This document shows, one piece after another, positions 23,216 through 36,012 of a stretch of DNA of 64,000 nucleotides (position 1 is the first letter of the stretch; each line of letters begins with the position of its first letter). The notes below the pieces were generated by a model. That model worked only from the letters and a program-made list of their open reading frames with translations. It was not told the DNA's origin and ran no database searches. Both the position numbers and the translations under genes were made by a program. The DNA comes from Tubulanus polymorphus (Eukaryota; Animalia; Nemertea), in the NCBI RefSeq assembly GCF_964204645.1, contig NC_134026.1:7711950-7775949 (forward strand). Direction: 5' to 3'.

Positions 23216-24623
23216 TTATTTAGTTTGTTTCCATATACATTAGATAAATTGCCACCGCAAACTCTCGTGTCGTGACTGACAGCAGCGGCAGATTACATGA
23301 GTGATGATGACAATTTCTGATCGGTAAACTTGAAAATTGACCATTTTCTCAGCGAGCTACGTCGCCCGTCTGTCTGTCCGTGCGTGCGTCCGTACATTTA
23401 CAGAGAATCATAGTAAATAGAATTACAGTATCACCAGAGATACTGTAGACAGAATCACTGGTCTCCTCGCTCAAGACTCACACAACTTGCGACAACCAAT
23501 TAAGGCCACACTGCGTTAAAGAAACCGAGCGAAAAATCACTATTTCTTCTTCAATCAAAGCGACACAAACCGCGTAATCCGACCAGATGATTGGTCAAAC
23601 ACAACAATATCTAAATGACGCCGTTACTGCTGCTGCTGGTCGTGTTTATAGCACTGATGGTGAAACTGTGTTTAATAGAGAGTGATGGCAGACTATCAGA
23701 GTCACAAACCTCTTCCTTATAACTACCCCCACCCGCCCATGTAACCTGGAGCAGAATGCAAATACGTATCATATACTAATCTGTATGTACGTGGAGCTCA
23801 GGCCATACTTATCAAGGTTTCTAAAACTGTCAGCTACAAATCTCCAAATGGTTTAAATCTAAAATTTCCAGAGTATCTAGAACTATAACTAGAATTCATA
23901 AACTTTCGAAGAGTTAATTTCAATAGATGGCTCGGTGTTTGGCCAATGTTTCATAAGAGCAATAAGTTCCGTTTACGTAAGCAAGACTTTATATTGAGAA
24001 AATACACAGGAAATATCAACCAGTTTCGAAAAAAGTACCGAGATTTAGAATCCTATCCGAAACATCTCGCTCCATCAGAGAGCAATCCGGTGATTTAACC
24101 TTGAAGACAAAAATGACAGTTGTTTTCTTGTTTGTCACCGTTTAGGTATATGTGTACACGTTGCCGGTACAGCAGAACGAAGAGGCAGGCAGGGCGGGCG
24201 GGCGCCTCTCAGTCTGAGAAAAGTGGTTTCCATGTTTAACAATAGACTCTTAAAGACTGTTCCATTGAATGGGCACCAGATGATAGACATTATCGAGGGA
24301 ACAACGATACAAATCATCTACATTCTGGGATCACATTCTGAGAGCTATTTTGACACTGCCTGCGCATTATAAACCTATACGGTATTGTGTTTGTGGCCAT
24401 AATGTCGAAAAAATTATGAGCTCGCGAATTGTAAAGACGACCGTCGACCGGTAACTTGATGCCTATTGAATGAGAAGTTGATCGCTTAGAAATTAGGGGT
24501 GTTCTCACAATGGACGAGCTATTTGTATACAAACTCTCAAGAGTTTCTATTTAACAAAGACTCGTGAGATGCCTGCGATGCTCTTTTTTAGAACGGCGCT
24601 CTGGCAGATGATGGGTAAGATCG

Positions 24624-24642
24624 TAGCGCCACCTGGTGGCAC
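24624..24642 (-). promoter_or_regulatory. Near-consensus CTCF binding motif
   Basis: The minus strand reads GTGCCACCAGGTGGCGCTA, matching the CTCF core CCASYAGRKGGCRS with a typical CTA flank. Motif match only. Confidence 0.55.
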
Positions 24643-25968
24643 GAGGCTCATATTTATAACTACCCGGATTATTAGTAATATATAGTAACTTAATTGCTAT
24701 AGCGCCTTTTTAACTGTGATACAATGTTCAACGGCGCTTCCCATTAAACTATTACCGTAAGCTTTTAACTCTAACCATTTTTCAGTCATCTCTCCCTAGG
24801 GAGAAGACAGTAAGCTACAGGCACTCGAGAGTCATCTATCAGACCGTACCCATTTACTCCTGGCAATGAGGATCCAACCGCTCAACTTAACCTCTACCTC
24901 GATCTTAAAATTAAACCCGGCCTGTTTCGTTCCCACGGCAGGTGTAATCGCAACTGGTAGGTTTGTAACGGACATAAACTCAAATAAACTCATATAAATA
25001 AGAGTGAAAATTCAATCTCAACAATGTATCGTTCTCAAGTCGCACATCTATAAAGTATATCGAATGATATCCCTGTTAATTTTGCTATCATACAATGTAA
25101 TTTTGGAATGCATAATAAATTCACTCGTCCATAAAATGGTGCAATGTATGAAATAAATAAATGCAATTATATTGAATAGAGCGATAAAATGGTATAGTTC
25201 TCTCCTATTCGAGTTGTGTTTCTCCTTTCTGTCGAATTCTACGTCTACAAGATTAAATTCGAACTGATATTTTTGCGGTCTCTTCAAATTTCAAAAAGCG
25301 TCTTTTATCCGCTGCACTATGTATAGCGGTAGAGCGGGAGAGCGGTGAATGTATCGATCAAGGAACATTATAGTCTGTGCTGAGTTAATTGATTCGGTTT
25401 AGCGGAAGTTTGTAATGTTTGATGTTTTTAATGCTTTATGTTTTTGATGATTGATGAAATTCTTTGTGTTTCGCGCAAATTGAATTAAATTCCTTTTGAA
25501 AATTATCGTACGGTCGCGTTATCGATTTTTTCTGATGTACCCCCTCCCTCTCTCTCCCTCTCTTCTCAAATTCTTGAATCATTATAACTATTGTTTTTTT
25601 CCCTATTTCACTCTTTATTTCAAACGCGCCATCAAATGATTTTTCATTTTCCTTGATATAAATTTAGAATTTTCTTATATTAGCGTTTTCTGACATCAAA
25701 AGACAGTTTCAATCGATTACTCTCTCTACCTCTCTCTCTCCCTTTCTCTCTCTCTAACTCTTACTCACACAGAGAAATGCTCTTTTTCTCTTTATTGCTA
25801 TATAAAGTTCAGGTAGTTTTTACAGTCATCCGCGAAATGATAGAATTAGGAGTTTGAAGCTTGTCAAATTTATAATTCCAAAAGACGCTGAGAAAGAACT
25901 TGATTATCTTTGATTTTCACTGGAAAAAAAGATAAAATCTGGAAGGATCTGACGGGGGACTGAAGCTG

Positions 25969-26049
25969 GACGGGGATCGGAGCGAGTCGAGGGACCGGAG
26001 CGAGTCGAGGGACCGGAGCGAGATGAGGTATGGGGGACCGGATCGAGAC
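25969..26049. repeat. 18-bp minisatellite (GAGGGACCGGAGCGAGTC), about 4 degenerate units
   Basis: Directly visible. It produces the RSGPST repeat in the pseudo-ORF 25904..26203. Confidence 0.8.
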
Positions 26050-26224
26050 GGATAACCTTGATGATAACCTTGATTTGAAAACTTAGATTATAAACTGTTA
26101 TAATAAGAGAATGATGGCGGATATTGTTAGCGAATAGAGTCACCTTATCTGACTGGTCATTAGTCACCAACCTGACCGGATAAATTGCCACTGATCTGGA
26201 CAAACTGGCAGTAAATTCTGGTCT

Positions 26225-26296
26225 ATGGGCTAGCAGTTAGCACGCTTGAGTTCCATGCTGCAAGTGACAGGTCCGATCCCAGCTACGATTAGGCTT
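26225..26296 (+). mobile_element. Degenerate tRNA-derived SINE head, same family as 8065-8135
   Basis: A-box-like tgggctagcagttagc and B-box-like ggtccgatccc. Colinear similarity to the 8.1-kb copy by eye. Confidence 0.45.
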
Positions 26297-27680
26297 ACGT
26301 GCAAGGGGTTATCAAAAACATTCCTTTTTTTTCTTTTTCTAAGTACTGAGTTGATGATTCTAGTTGAATCTTTATAGTTATTTGAGGCGGTAAATTCAGA
26401 GACTTTTTAACTGAACCAGGGGTCAAAAACTGAACTGAAGTTGTGTGTGTGTGCGTGAAGTTGTGTCTGCAGGGCGTGCGCTTTTACATCAAAGAGAATA
26501 ACAACAACTCTTACAAATGTTCTTATCTGACCCCGGAATACCTCCTTCCAGAGTACTGCCTCTCCTCTTCCCTTTCTCATGTCTCCTCTCTTCTTCTCTA
26601 CTCGGCTCCTTACATCTCTCCCCTCTCCTCGTTTCACCTTCTCTCTCCCCTATCCCTGTCTCTCTCCTCCTTGCGCCAGTCACAGCGCAAAATAACCGTT
26701 ATTTTGAATAATAAATTCAGCCAATGACAGACGACAGTGGGGAAGACTACTGCTGCTGATGATGGACCTTGTGAATTGTATTAGTCACAAGTCAGAAAAC
26801 ATGAGAGTTAATTTACTCAAATCGGCGATCGAGAAAATATAATGATGTGAATTTGAGTACGACGTGTGAGATAGAGCCGGGAATTTTACTGATAAATAGT
26901 GACTCATTTTCAACAGCGGCAGCAGCAGGATGAGAAGGAGGAGTAGGAAGAGGAATTATGGAAAAAATAAATAGTAATAAAGTTACGTCGTCTCAAATCA
27001 TCAGATCTGCTCACCACGAATATCACAATATATACAGAATCCGACCGATAGAGAAATTTCATACATTGAGATACTACAATAGAAAAACTGATAAGAGATA
27101 TCTCAGATATTGAGATAGACCCTACTATAATACAGAAGAATAGATACGAGAAGAATTGATGTATAAATCTCGATATTGAGATATCGTAATACGTATATCA
27201 CAATATATCACAATGTCATCTAGGACGTACAGAGAATGAGATTATCTCAGTGTTTTCAACCAGACATTTCAAAATACCAAAATACCGACGATATTTTTGA
27301 TATTTTGTTGCATTTATCAATATGAAAAAGATCAAAAACGATATATCTGATAATCTGTGGCTGTAAGTAGCGGTAAGTACCCTGTCTGTGTCGGTGGTGC
27401 TGCTGTATTTTGACAGACACTTAGAAAACATCAAAGAAACCTCAGATTAAGGAAGCACTAAGTGTTTCGTACTAAATGTCTAATTTTTTCGAGTCCATTC
27501 AATTCATACAAGTTGCTTCTTCAGATAAAAAAGCGACGTTTACGAAATCAAAGGAATTATGCATCCAGCTATTAGTGAGATTGATCTTCATTTCATGTAG
27601 TTCGTTCTCTTAAACTGTAGAACACTAAGAGTTATGATGGATTTCGTTTTATAAGTGTAGGTGGGCGTCTCTTCATCAAT

Positions 27681-27773
27681 CCAGTTCCTCAGTGCTGTGA
27701 GTTGTGATTAGTTCAATATCAGTTAGTTGAAACTCCTGGCGGAAAACTCGGATAACTGTAGAACTGAATCCTG
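27681..27773. mobile_element. MITE-like element, family A
   Basis: ccagttcctcagtgctgtgagtt ... aactcggataactgtagaactgaatcctg. Confidence 0.55.
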
Positions 27774-30700
27774 ATGATGAGCTGGTCAGCCCCTTCCCCT
27801 GGTCAGGAGTGGTCAGTCCTCCACGGCTTAAAGTGGACAGTGACTGACCGGACTATCTAATTATCAGCTGCACAGTCGACAGAAGGAGTTGTGCAGTGTA
27901 GTCAGTAAACATTACACACTGTCACTCAGTGGTCAGTGAGTGGTCAGTCATTCAACCGTATTGACATATTGACCACTACGGAGACTGTTATTTGATTGTC
28001 AAGAGTAAATTAGGTTTTTTATCGGCTGATGATGGAATCATCAGTCACGTGACTAGATGTGACAGATATCTGAAAATCACGCAATAGCCAGGAACAGAAA
28101 GAGCTGGTCACGTGGTCATCAGTTACGATGTACTAGTATTATTAGAACAGCGTACTACACAGTAGGTCCCAGGTTCGATACCGTATCTCAATTTCGGGGG
28201 AGGGGCATCGATAAAGTCGGTTTTTGATTCCGAAACTAAATCGCCTTATTCGTTCCCGGCGGGTTTGTAAGAGACACAACAAATGCACACTTAATCAAAT
28301 TCAATTTAATATTTAATCAACCAGTCAAATATATTGGATGGAAAACTATCCACTGCAAGATTAAAACCCACGTAACAACAGCAACTACACTGGTATATCT
28401 ATTGTGTATGCAGTATTGCTGAGACCGTGTTTATGTTTTGGTATCGGTTCAAAGTCTCGTGGCAGAAAATAGACGATAGACTTTCATCAGTTACAATAAC
28501 TTAACGGATAAAATGTGTATTGATTTCTGCGTAGAGAAACATATTTGACATGTCTTCACAGTTCCCTATAGCGAAATCCTTTACTAAGTAATTAAGTGCT
28601 CTTCCAAGCCTCGAGGAAAAACAGACTTCAAATTTAACAGACATCAAAGGGAACAGAAACTGCTGCCGTTTCATTCAATCCGTATGTATATAAGATACAG
28701 ACGTCTCTTTAACGGCGGTGTATGACAGAGGATTAAAAGTCATAATACAGAAATCAACTCTAAATGTAGAAATGAAAAATAGATTCAGAAATTTTTGAAA
28801 AGCTTGAAAATTAAGTACGTATAGAATTTGAACATATTCGAATTGATTGAAAATTTTTTATTTTTTAGACCGAAGTTATTTTCTAACGGTGAAATTTGAC
28901 GTTAAAAAATCGAGAAGTGAAATGTTGAAATTTGAGTTTAGAAACCTTGAAAAAAAACCTCATCAATTCTTTTCTAATTAAAACGACGAAAGTTTCGGCA
29001 AAATTGACAGAAAAAAAACCGAACAAAAAGTAATTATTTTAAAGCGAGAAAGACCGTTCCCTAATTTACGGAATCTGGACTTTCTTCCGGCCAATTTCGC
29101 ATTGAAACAATGGTTGGTTAAACCAGGCGCGGGAACGCATTAAAAATTAATCAAATTTTTAATGAAAATATAAAATCGTGTCGAAGTTGGTTTAAAATTG
29201 AAGGTAGATCAAAGCGGCCGTCGATTGTTGTAGCGCTTTCTACGGAGTTATTAAATAGATAGGTGATAATAGGAAGAAATCTACCACTTAAAGTATCGTC
29301 TTTGTGGTCGGAAAACCAGCGGAAGACGAGCAGAGAAGCAGAGAGGAGCCGGGTAAGAGCTGGTTAGGAGCCGGGTTGTCTGAGATAGAGAGTAGGATAT
29401 CAGGAAGGATGCTGAGGTTGATTTCATGGACGCATTATACAGGGAGTTAAACCAGTCCTGTGGTTACGTCGCTCTACGGTCCTAGTGTAACCAAATCTTG
29501 ATGAAATATGGAGATGTGCAGGGCCGGTAGAGAGGGAGGGTGGGTAGTGGGTGGTAGAGGGTGGCGGAGCAGAGTAGGTATTCACCAAGTATTCACCTAG
29601 AGTGTCTGACGTCCTAAAGGGGATACGGGATCGTAGAGAGACGGAGATCACTGTGGAAATAACCACTTCCAAGACCGGGTGTAAGCTGGCGAAAGCAGGT
29701 AGTATCGGTTTCAATGGACTGGTATCAAATTCCACAGTTCAGGATCCTGTTATGCAGTTCTAAGATAAATTTGACTCGTGAGTTCAAATCTAAGAAACGT
29801 CTAAGAACGTTCATTTTGAATGATTTATCTCCGGTGTCCAGTGTTAACCGAGTTCCCTGTCGACAGTTCTTGTATACATGAGTTAAGGTTTTTGATTTTG
29901 ATTTAACTGAACTGTGGAACTGATGTGGTCTGAATGGTGGATCCTGATATTGCCATCATCCGTCTAATCTCCCTACAAAACACGCGCACAATAATCGCAG
30001 AGAGACTGGTACGTGTACAACTGGTGCAGTTCTGATAATAACCTGTCGTCAAATAAGATTATATGAATTGCCTATGTCAGTAAATATCTGCAGGTAACCA
30101 TAGTAACCTTGACCCTGTACTGATTGACCTTTAAGACGATAAGGTGTTATTGGGTTTATATTATTGGCTGGTATAAGATTTAAGCCGAGGGTGTGAGAGA
30201 GGTGACCATTGATTCTCCTGTACTGTATTTTAGGTCCACAGTTCGTTCCACCATGTTAATTTGATTTGATTTGATAAATTCAAGTTGATTCTTTGAATCT
30301 TAAAAAGTAAAAGTGTAAAACTTGTTTCTAGTGTTTTTCAAATAGGTCCTTTATCCCTAAACATCAGAAGTCGAATTCCGATGTTTGATTGAGTAATGGT
30401 TAATGGCAAAGAACTCCCCTCGGCCATTTCCAAACACATCCAGATCTTGTCGGATACATTTTTTCTAAATACACTGTATCTAAAGAAAAAAAGCAATTCG
30501 ATTTTTTTCGTCATTTTCTGCCGTCATCGAAAAAGCTTTCAACCTGATGAAAATTTCATCATCGTCGAAACATCGTTAGAAAAAGTGCTAGAGCGCTACA
30601 GCGAATCTGCTGCTGTCGTCCTTGTGAATGTGCGTCTCCTATTGAGTTTACCTGCAGGAGAAATGACAGTTTAGCCTAGAGGGGGGCATCCTCAAGTGAA

Positions 30701-31297
30701 CGAGTGGTGAGGACATCTCTCTGTGTCAGTCGAGTAGCTGGTAAGAGATAAAACCCTTGTGGCGATCAGTGAAACCGACTCGAAATTCACTTTAAAAAAA
30801 CATCAAAGTGAAAGACGAAAAATATTGCGCAAATTTCGCGCTGAAGGTTAATGAATGATTTTTGTAGCGGTCATTGAGATTGCAAGATGGAGCAGATCGG
30901 GAGAGTGAGAGGAGATGGAGAGATGTGAGAGTGAGAGGGAGAGAGACGTGAGAAAATAGCAAATCTCAATATGAAAGTGAACCCAGGTCTGAAGTGGTTC
31001 TAACTATAATTCGATTCTCGTTATTCTAAAAGCCGCTCTAACCACCACGTGATCACAGCAGTATCACGTGCTTTCACCACGTGTCCACACTAATCAAACA
31101 TCAAGCTGTAATTCAAGAACTTTGTGTCATCTCGAATTTGCTAATGTTCCTATCCACACGAGAACCGAACCTCCCAGAGTAAAACTATTAAAAAACGCTT
31201 AGCGAAATCACACTTTTTCAGAACACGTGATCTCGCGAGACTATCGCCATGGATGACGTCATTCAATTCAATTCAGTTTATTTGCATTATTGAAATA

Positions 31298-31497
31298 AAG
31301 TCAAAGTCCGTCATAATGCCATCCTTTTTAATGCCACTGCTCACTTAGCGCCACCATTTTTCTGAGAACAATTTTGCCCAAGAAAACTCAGATTCAATGA
31401 AAATAACATAAGCTTTCTAACACAACGCCACTGAAATTCGTTATAACGCCATGCTTTCCATTGGTCCCATCGGTGGTGTTATAAATGACTTTTACAG
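31298..31497. mobile_element. Tc1/mariner-type (pogo/Tigger-like) MITE, family C, flanked by TA
   Basis: TA|aagtcaaagtccgtcataatgcc ... ggtgttataaatgacttttacag|TA. The internal sequence (aattttgccc, aaactcagattcaatga) is colinear with the reverse complement of 57717-57910. Confidence 0.8.
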
Positions 31498-33264
31498 TAC
31501 AATCTAAAGCCTACCAGTCTAAGCCGCTGAACCTTACTACACAAAACAGAAAAACATCCAAAATTTACGAAGTCAGATGAGAAAAACAAACACCGCTCAG
31601 TGACTCCTACTTCCGGTCCGACCGATCTGTGAGAAATTAATATTTGACGCCGAATCGTTTGAAACGGATCGAGCTGATCTGTGAAGGTGCTAATAACAAT
31701 ATCTCATCAAACGACGATACAGTCAGTATACAGACGACACATTCCGAGTCGAGTTTACTTTACACGTCGTTTCATCGTCAAATCACTGCTCGCTACGGCG
31801 GCTCGGAATTAATAACGCAATGTCTCGGCGTGCTTGAGAACTGTCGAGTGGTCGGCCACATTTGCGTTGTCTTTGTACTGAAATTGCGCCCGCTCTTTGA
31901 AGCCCGACGCGACGTTCGGAGCAAAGCAATCGTTAAAATAGGAAACCAATTTTCAGATTGCGAGCTTTGAGCGTCATAAAGTGTGAAGTATCCGCGGATA
32001 GCTGACGGGCAGGAATTCACACGTCGTGTACTCGACTCCGCACCGCGCGCACTCAGTGTACATCTCACCGCATGCCAGGGCTCACTTCGCTATTTCTTTG
32101 AGGAAGACAAAACTCAGATTTCCTCGAGGGTTCGTTCTGCCTTATTCGCGCACCTTCAAAAGGTGTTCGGCGAAAATTAGGCGCAATTAGGAAAATCGAA
32201 TAACGCAACTCTGGCGCGACGCTCCTCTCGCAGCGGATGAATAAGACACATTAGAGTTATTGGTTGATTGAAGCATATTTCATATCTCATCTACTCACAC
32301 AGTGCTGCTGCATCCAATCAGACTCTCTGAATTTACTAACTAACTATCTACACAGCAAATTATTAGTTAGCGCTAATTTTCATTACACGTTTCTCTGCCG
32401 TAGAAATGAACAGTTTTTTCATCTAGTCCCTTAATTGAGAGTCAGATGATTTTCTCAATATGTTTGAGAGTGAGGAGAGAATGCGGTGTGGAATATTGGG
32501 GGCAGAGTAGATCAGGAAGGAGTGATGCAGGTGAGCCCGAACGGACGGAAAAGAAGAGAGAGAGGGAGGGAGAGACAGTGGCACGCGGAGAATGGCTGAG
32601 GGAGGGGAGAGCGGGCTAAGGGATTAGGTGACATGGGGAGGGAGGGTAGGGGAGGGCAATAGAGCGAAAGAAGAGATCGAGAGAGTCAGACCCAGGGTAT
32701 CCAACTCTCTCCATCCTTTCTTTCTCTGGAGAGAGGGAGACGGAGTGACAGAGACGACGGAAAGAGAAAAAGGGTAAGTAAAAGAGGGAAAAAGAGACAT
32801 CGAAGGGAGAAAGAGGAAGAGAGAGACAAGAGAGAAAGAGGAACGGTGAGAGCTAAAGAGAAAAGCGGAAGAAAACGTCATAACGCTTAAATGACGATTT
32901 ATTGTCGGTCGCCTTACATTATTCTAGACGACGTCTGTCCTTATGATAACAGACTGTCACTTAACGCGAGCGAGGTCTTAACGTAGTAGAGCTTTTACTC
33001 TGCAGATACCCTCAGATATCCTGGCCAAACACCATTAACTAAACTTACACCGAAAACAAACATTATCCGCTATCACTGTGTTTGCGCATGAGTGACAGTC
33101 GAGAGCAGGTGCGCGTGTTCAAACACTTAGCATACACGTGGTCGGTTTGAACCAATCGGGTGGCTGTATCAAAAATCTGGATGAAGTTGCTGAAACTAGG
33201 TGAAAAAATATTGAAGATCGTGACAAGAGTTTTTAAGAGAAAATAGTAAAAACGTCTGTCGCAG

Positions 33265-33337
33265 CGATCCTGCCAGGACTCGAACCTGGAATCCCCTGAT
33301 TCGTAGTCAGATGCCTTATCCATTGGGCCACAGGACC
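33265..33337 (-). tRNA. tRNA-Arg(ACG), copy 2
   Basis: Identical over 73/73 nt to copy 1. A T5 terminator follows at 33252-33248 on the minus strand. Confidence 0.97.
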
Positions 33338-35844
33338 GGTTGAATTTGAGTTTATTTTAAAGTTCAGTGGTCCGTGACAGTCAGAGGATAAATGCGCTAA
33401 TAATCACACAGTCCTTCCCTATACCACTCCCCAGCACATAGCCTACACCATTTCCCCATACCTAACAAAATGTCGTGATTATTCTATAAAACACCGCCAC
33501 CACCACTTGCCGCAACCTCCTCCGCGTTGCTGATATTCATATTTTTATAATATCATTATGCAAATGATTGAAACCCAATAATCCCCGGTACTCCGCGATT
33601 AGACCAGTTACTCGCAGATTAGATTATAGATTTCAATTTCAGACGGGGATTATTTACAACAGCATCAGCAGCAGTCGCAGCAGCCGATCAGGGGAGGAGA
33701 GAGAGATAGTTGATTACGTTTGAGTCCGATTTTTGTGGACGATGAAATTACGGAGATGTCCTGACAGGCGCACCAGACCCCGCGGCATTTCTCCTCCTCC
33801 CTCAGAACACTGTTCGCCTCGACGCGATATTTCTACAAAATACACGTTAATCGAAAGGTCACGTGATCGCGTGGGTCTTTGTTCTATCGGAGGTGTCGTG
33901 TCGGCAGTGTGTATAGAACCGGAAGTGTTTATCGTGAAGAAAATAGTTTCCGGTCGAGTGATAGTCTGAGTAAATACCGTTCACTGTCGAGTCTGATTTA
34001 CATTTATTCATAATATCTCAGAATCATACAGTGTAATTTCATCGCGCTGGTATTCATTCAATTCTATACAAAGATTGAAAATATGGAGACAGATTTATCC
34101 AGAAATTTCTGATTGATGAAAACACTGTACTCTGAGTTCTGGATATAAAAATAGCTCGCCCAAAATATTTCCTTACGAGCTACTTATCTATTCGACGTTC
34201 GACTTAATTCTAATAGATAAATAAACTTTATTCTACGTATCGACATGTGTAATTCTATCGTATTGGCGAATCTCAGACCCTGAGTCATTTTCGAAAAGAA
34301 TTAATACTGGCATCAGAGCTTCTTTTAATACTTCAGTTAAACTCGCGAAGTCATTGTAGCTGTGACGATCATAATGTTGATGACTTATCCAAATATCGAA
34401 AAGATGGATATCCGAAAATGATTTCGAAGTATCTTGATTTCAGGAGACTCGGGAGTACTGAAATTCCTACAGAGATGAAGTCAAAGTTCTGTTTTAGTTT
34501 TCGATCCATGATTGAATTTAAACGATCGATGTATAAAGAAAACAATTGCAATATATTTTCGGTGATTTATACACATTAACGTCACAAATCATTGGACTCC
34601 GACGAGTTTTACATAGCGGCGTTTAACTACAATTATTTGAATATTTAACGCTCATATACCAACTGTTAATAGCAGGGCTTAATATTCATTAGAGCAGACA
34701 AATTGTCTGGTTTTGTACAAGTACTGATTAATTAAACATCAGTTCTCTTTCTTTATGGGAACCTTTATCTATGCGTGCGGTGTTCGGCAAGGATACGCAC
34801 TGAATCCGTCCACATTCATTATGCATGATTTTCCTAATCAAACTATCTTGACTTTCACAGTCAACCAATGATTGCCAGAAGCCAGCCCTCTAGCCATTCC
34901 CGACAAACAGCGCACAGAGCAGCTAGCCGTTAAACATATGACTGTGAAACCAATCCGACAATTACGGCGTGAGAGATGAGACATTCTCTTCTCAATCCAA
35001 TACATGATGAGGAATATGTCAGCATCGGCGGCATCTTTTACTGAATAGTTCTAATCACACTTATCTCTAACACAGATTTAGGGACATAAATCTAGTGGTT
35101 AATGGTAGTATTTTCGGATTAGAGTTTTTTGAATCTAAAACCAACCCGCCAGCTATTCGCGGCATCTTGGACAGACGGTTGAATTCGTCACATTGTCACT
35201 GAGAGAAATGAATATAGCCTCACTGGCTCTAACTCACTAATCTGAGCTACATTCTCCAAAACGTGTTTGAAAGATAACTGTTCTTGTAATTTAACTCACA
35301 AAATAAAACAATCTTCCTTAGTATCTGATAAACAGATGAAGTCGTCATCAGGTATTACTCAGCTGGGCCCCGATTTATATTTCCAATTCAATTTACAAGT
35401 CTAAGTCATCATTTGGATAAGTGATTTAAGTAATAATCATGTCGACTTCAGCTTGAACTTGAAAACAAGATGAACGAGCAGTTTCTTTCTGAAATCGCTT
35501 TTTACAAAGGAAAACCTGAATCACCTGTTTGAGATGACGGGGAAGGCTTAACCAACTCTAAAAAGACCGGGGAGGCTCCCATATGTCTCATTCAGCAGTC
35601 ACTGAGAGCCCAAATCGAGAGGCTCCCGAGAGACAATCAAGGCTCTATCACTTCTCTCAAAGATGACCAGGAACATGATGCGTGTATGATTCGTGAATTA
35701 ATTCCGATCAAACGGTCAAAGACTACGATCAGAAACTCAAACCACGATTCCTTCCACCACATTGAATCATAGAGTGGAAACTCGTGTTCTATTCACGTGA
35801 TTTCTCGCGTTAAATGACGAGAGTAATAGCGACGAGAGTGTGAG

Positions 35845-36012
35845 GTGGTCAGGTGGTCACTCTCACTCGAGAAACTACACTAAAAGAGAATGAGAATCTC
35901 TTTTATTCGTGATATTCTGAAGCTCTTCAGGTGTGGTCACTCTTTACACTGAAACTGAGAGAATGAGATCTCAAGAATGAGAATCTCATTTATTCGTGAT
36001 ATTCTCAAAGCT
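35845..36012. repeat. Local tandem duplication, ~90-bp unit
   Basis: gaatgagaatctc.tttattcgtgatattct..aagct occurs twice, as does caggt(gt)ggtcactct. Confidence 0.75.

Noticed and set aside
24930-24937. Su(H)/CSL sites (also 30947 and 57035) suggesting Notch input to AP-2, as in Drosophila leg joints
   Set aside because: The sites are isolated, not paired, and several are expected by chance in 64 kb, so they are not evidence on their own.
31644-32180. Overlapping 108-, 91- and 65-aa ORFs in a CpG-rich stretch
   Set aside because: Non-ATG starts for the plus-strand ORFs and no recognisable family. The open frames are explained by local GC content.
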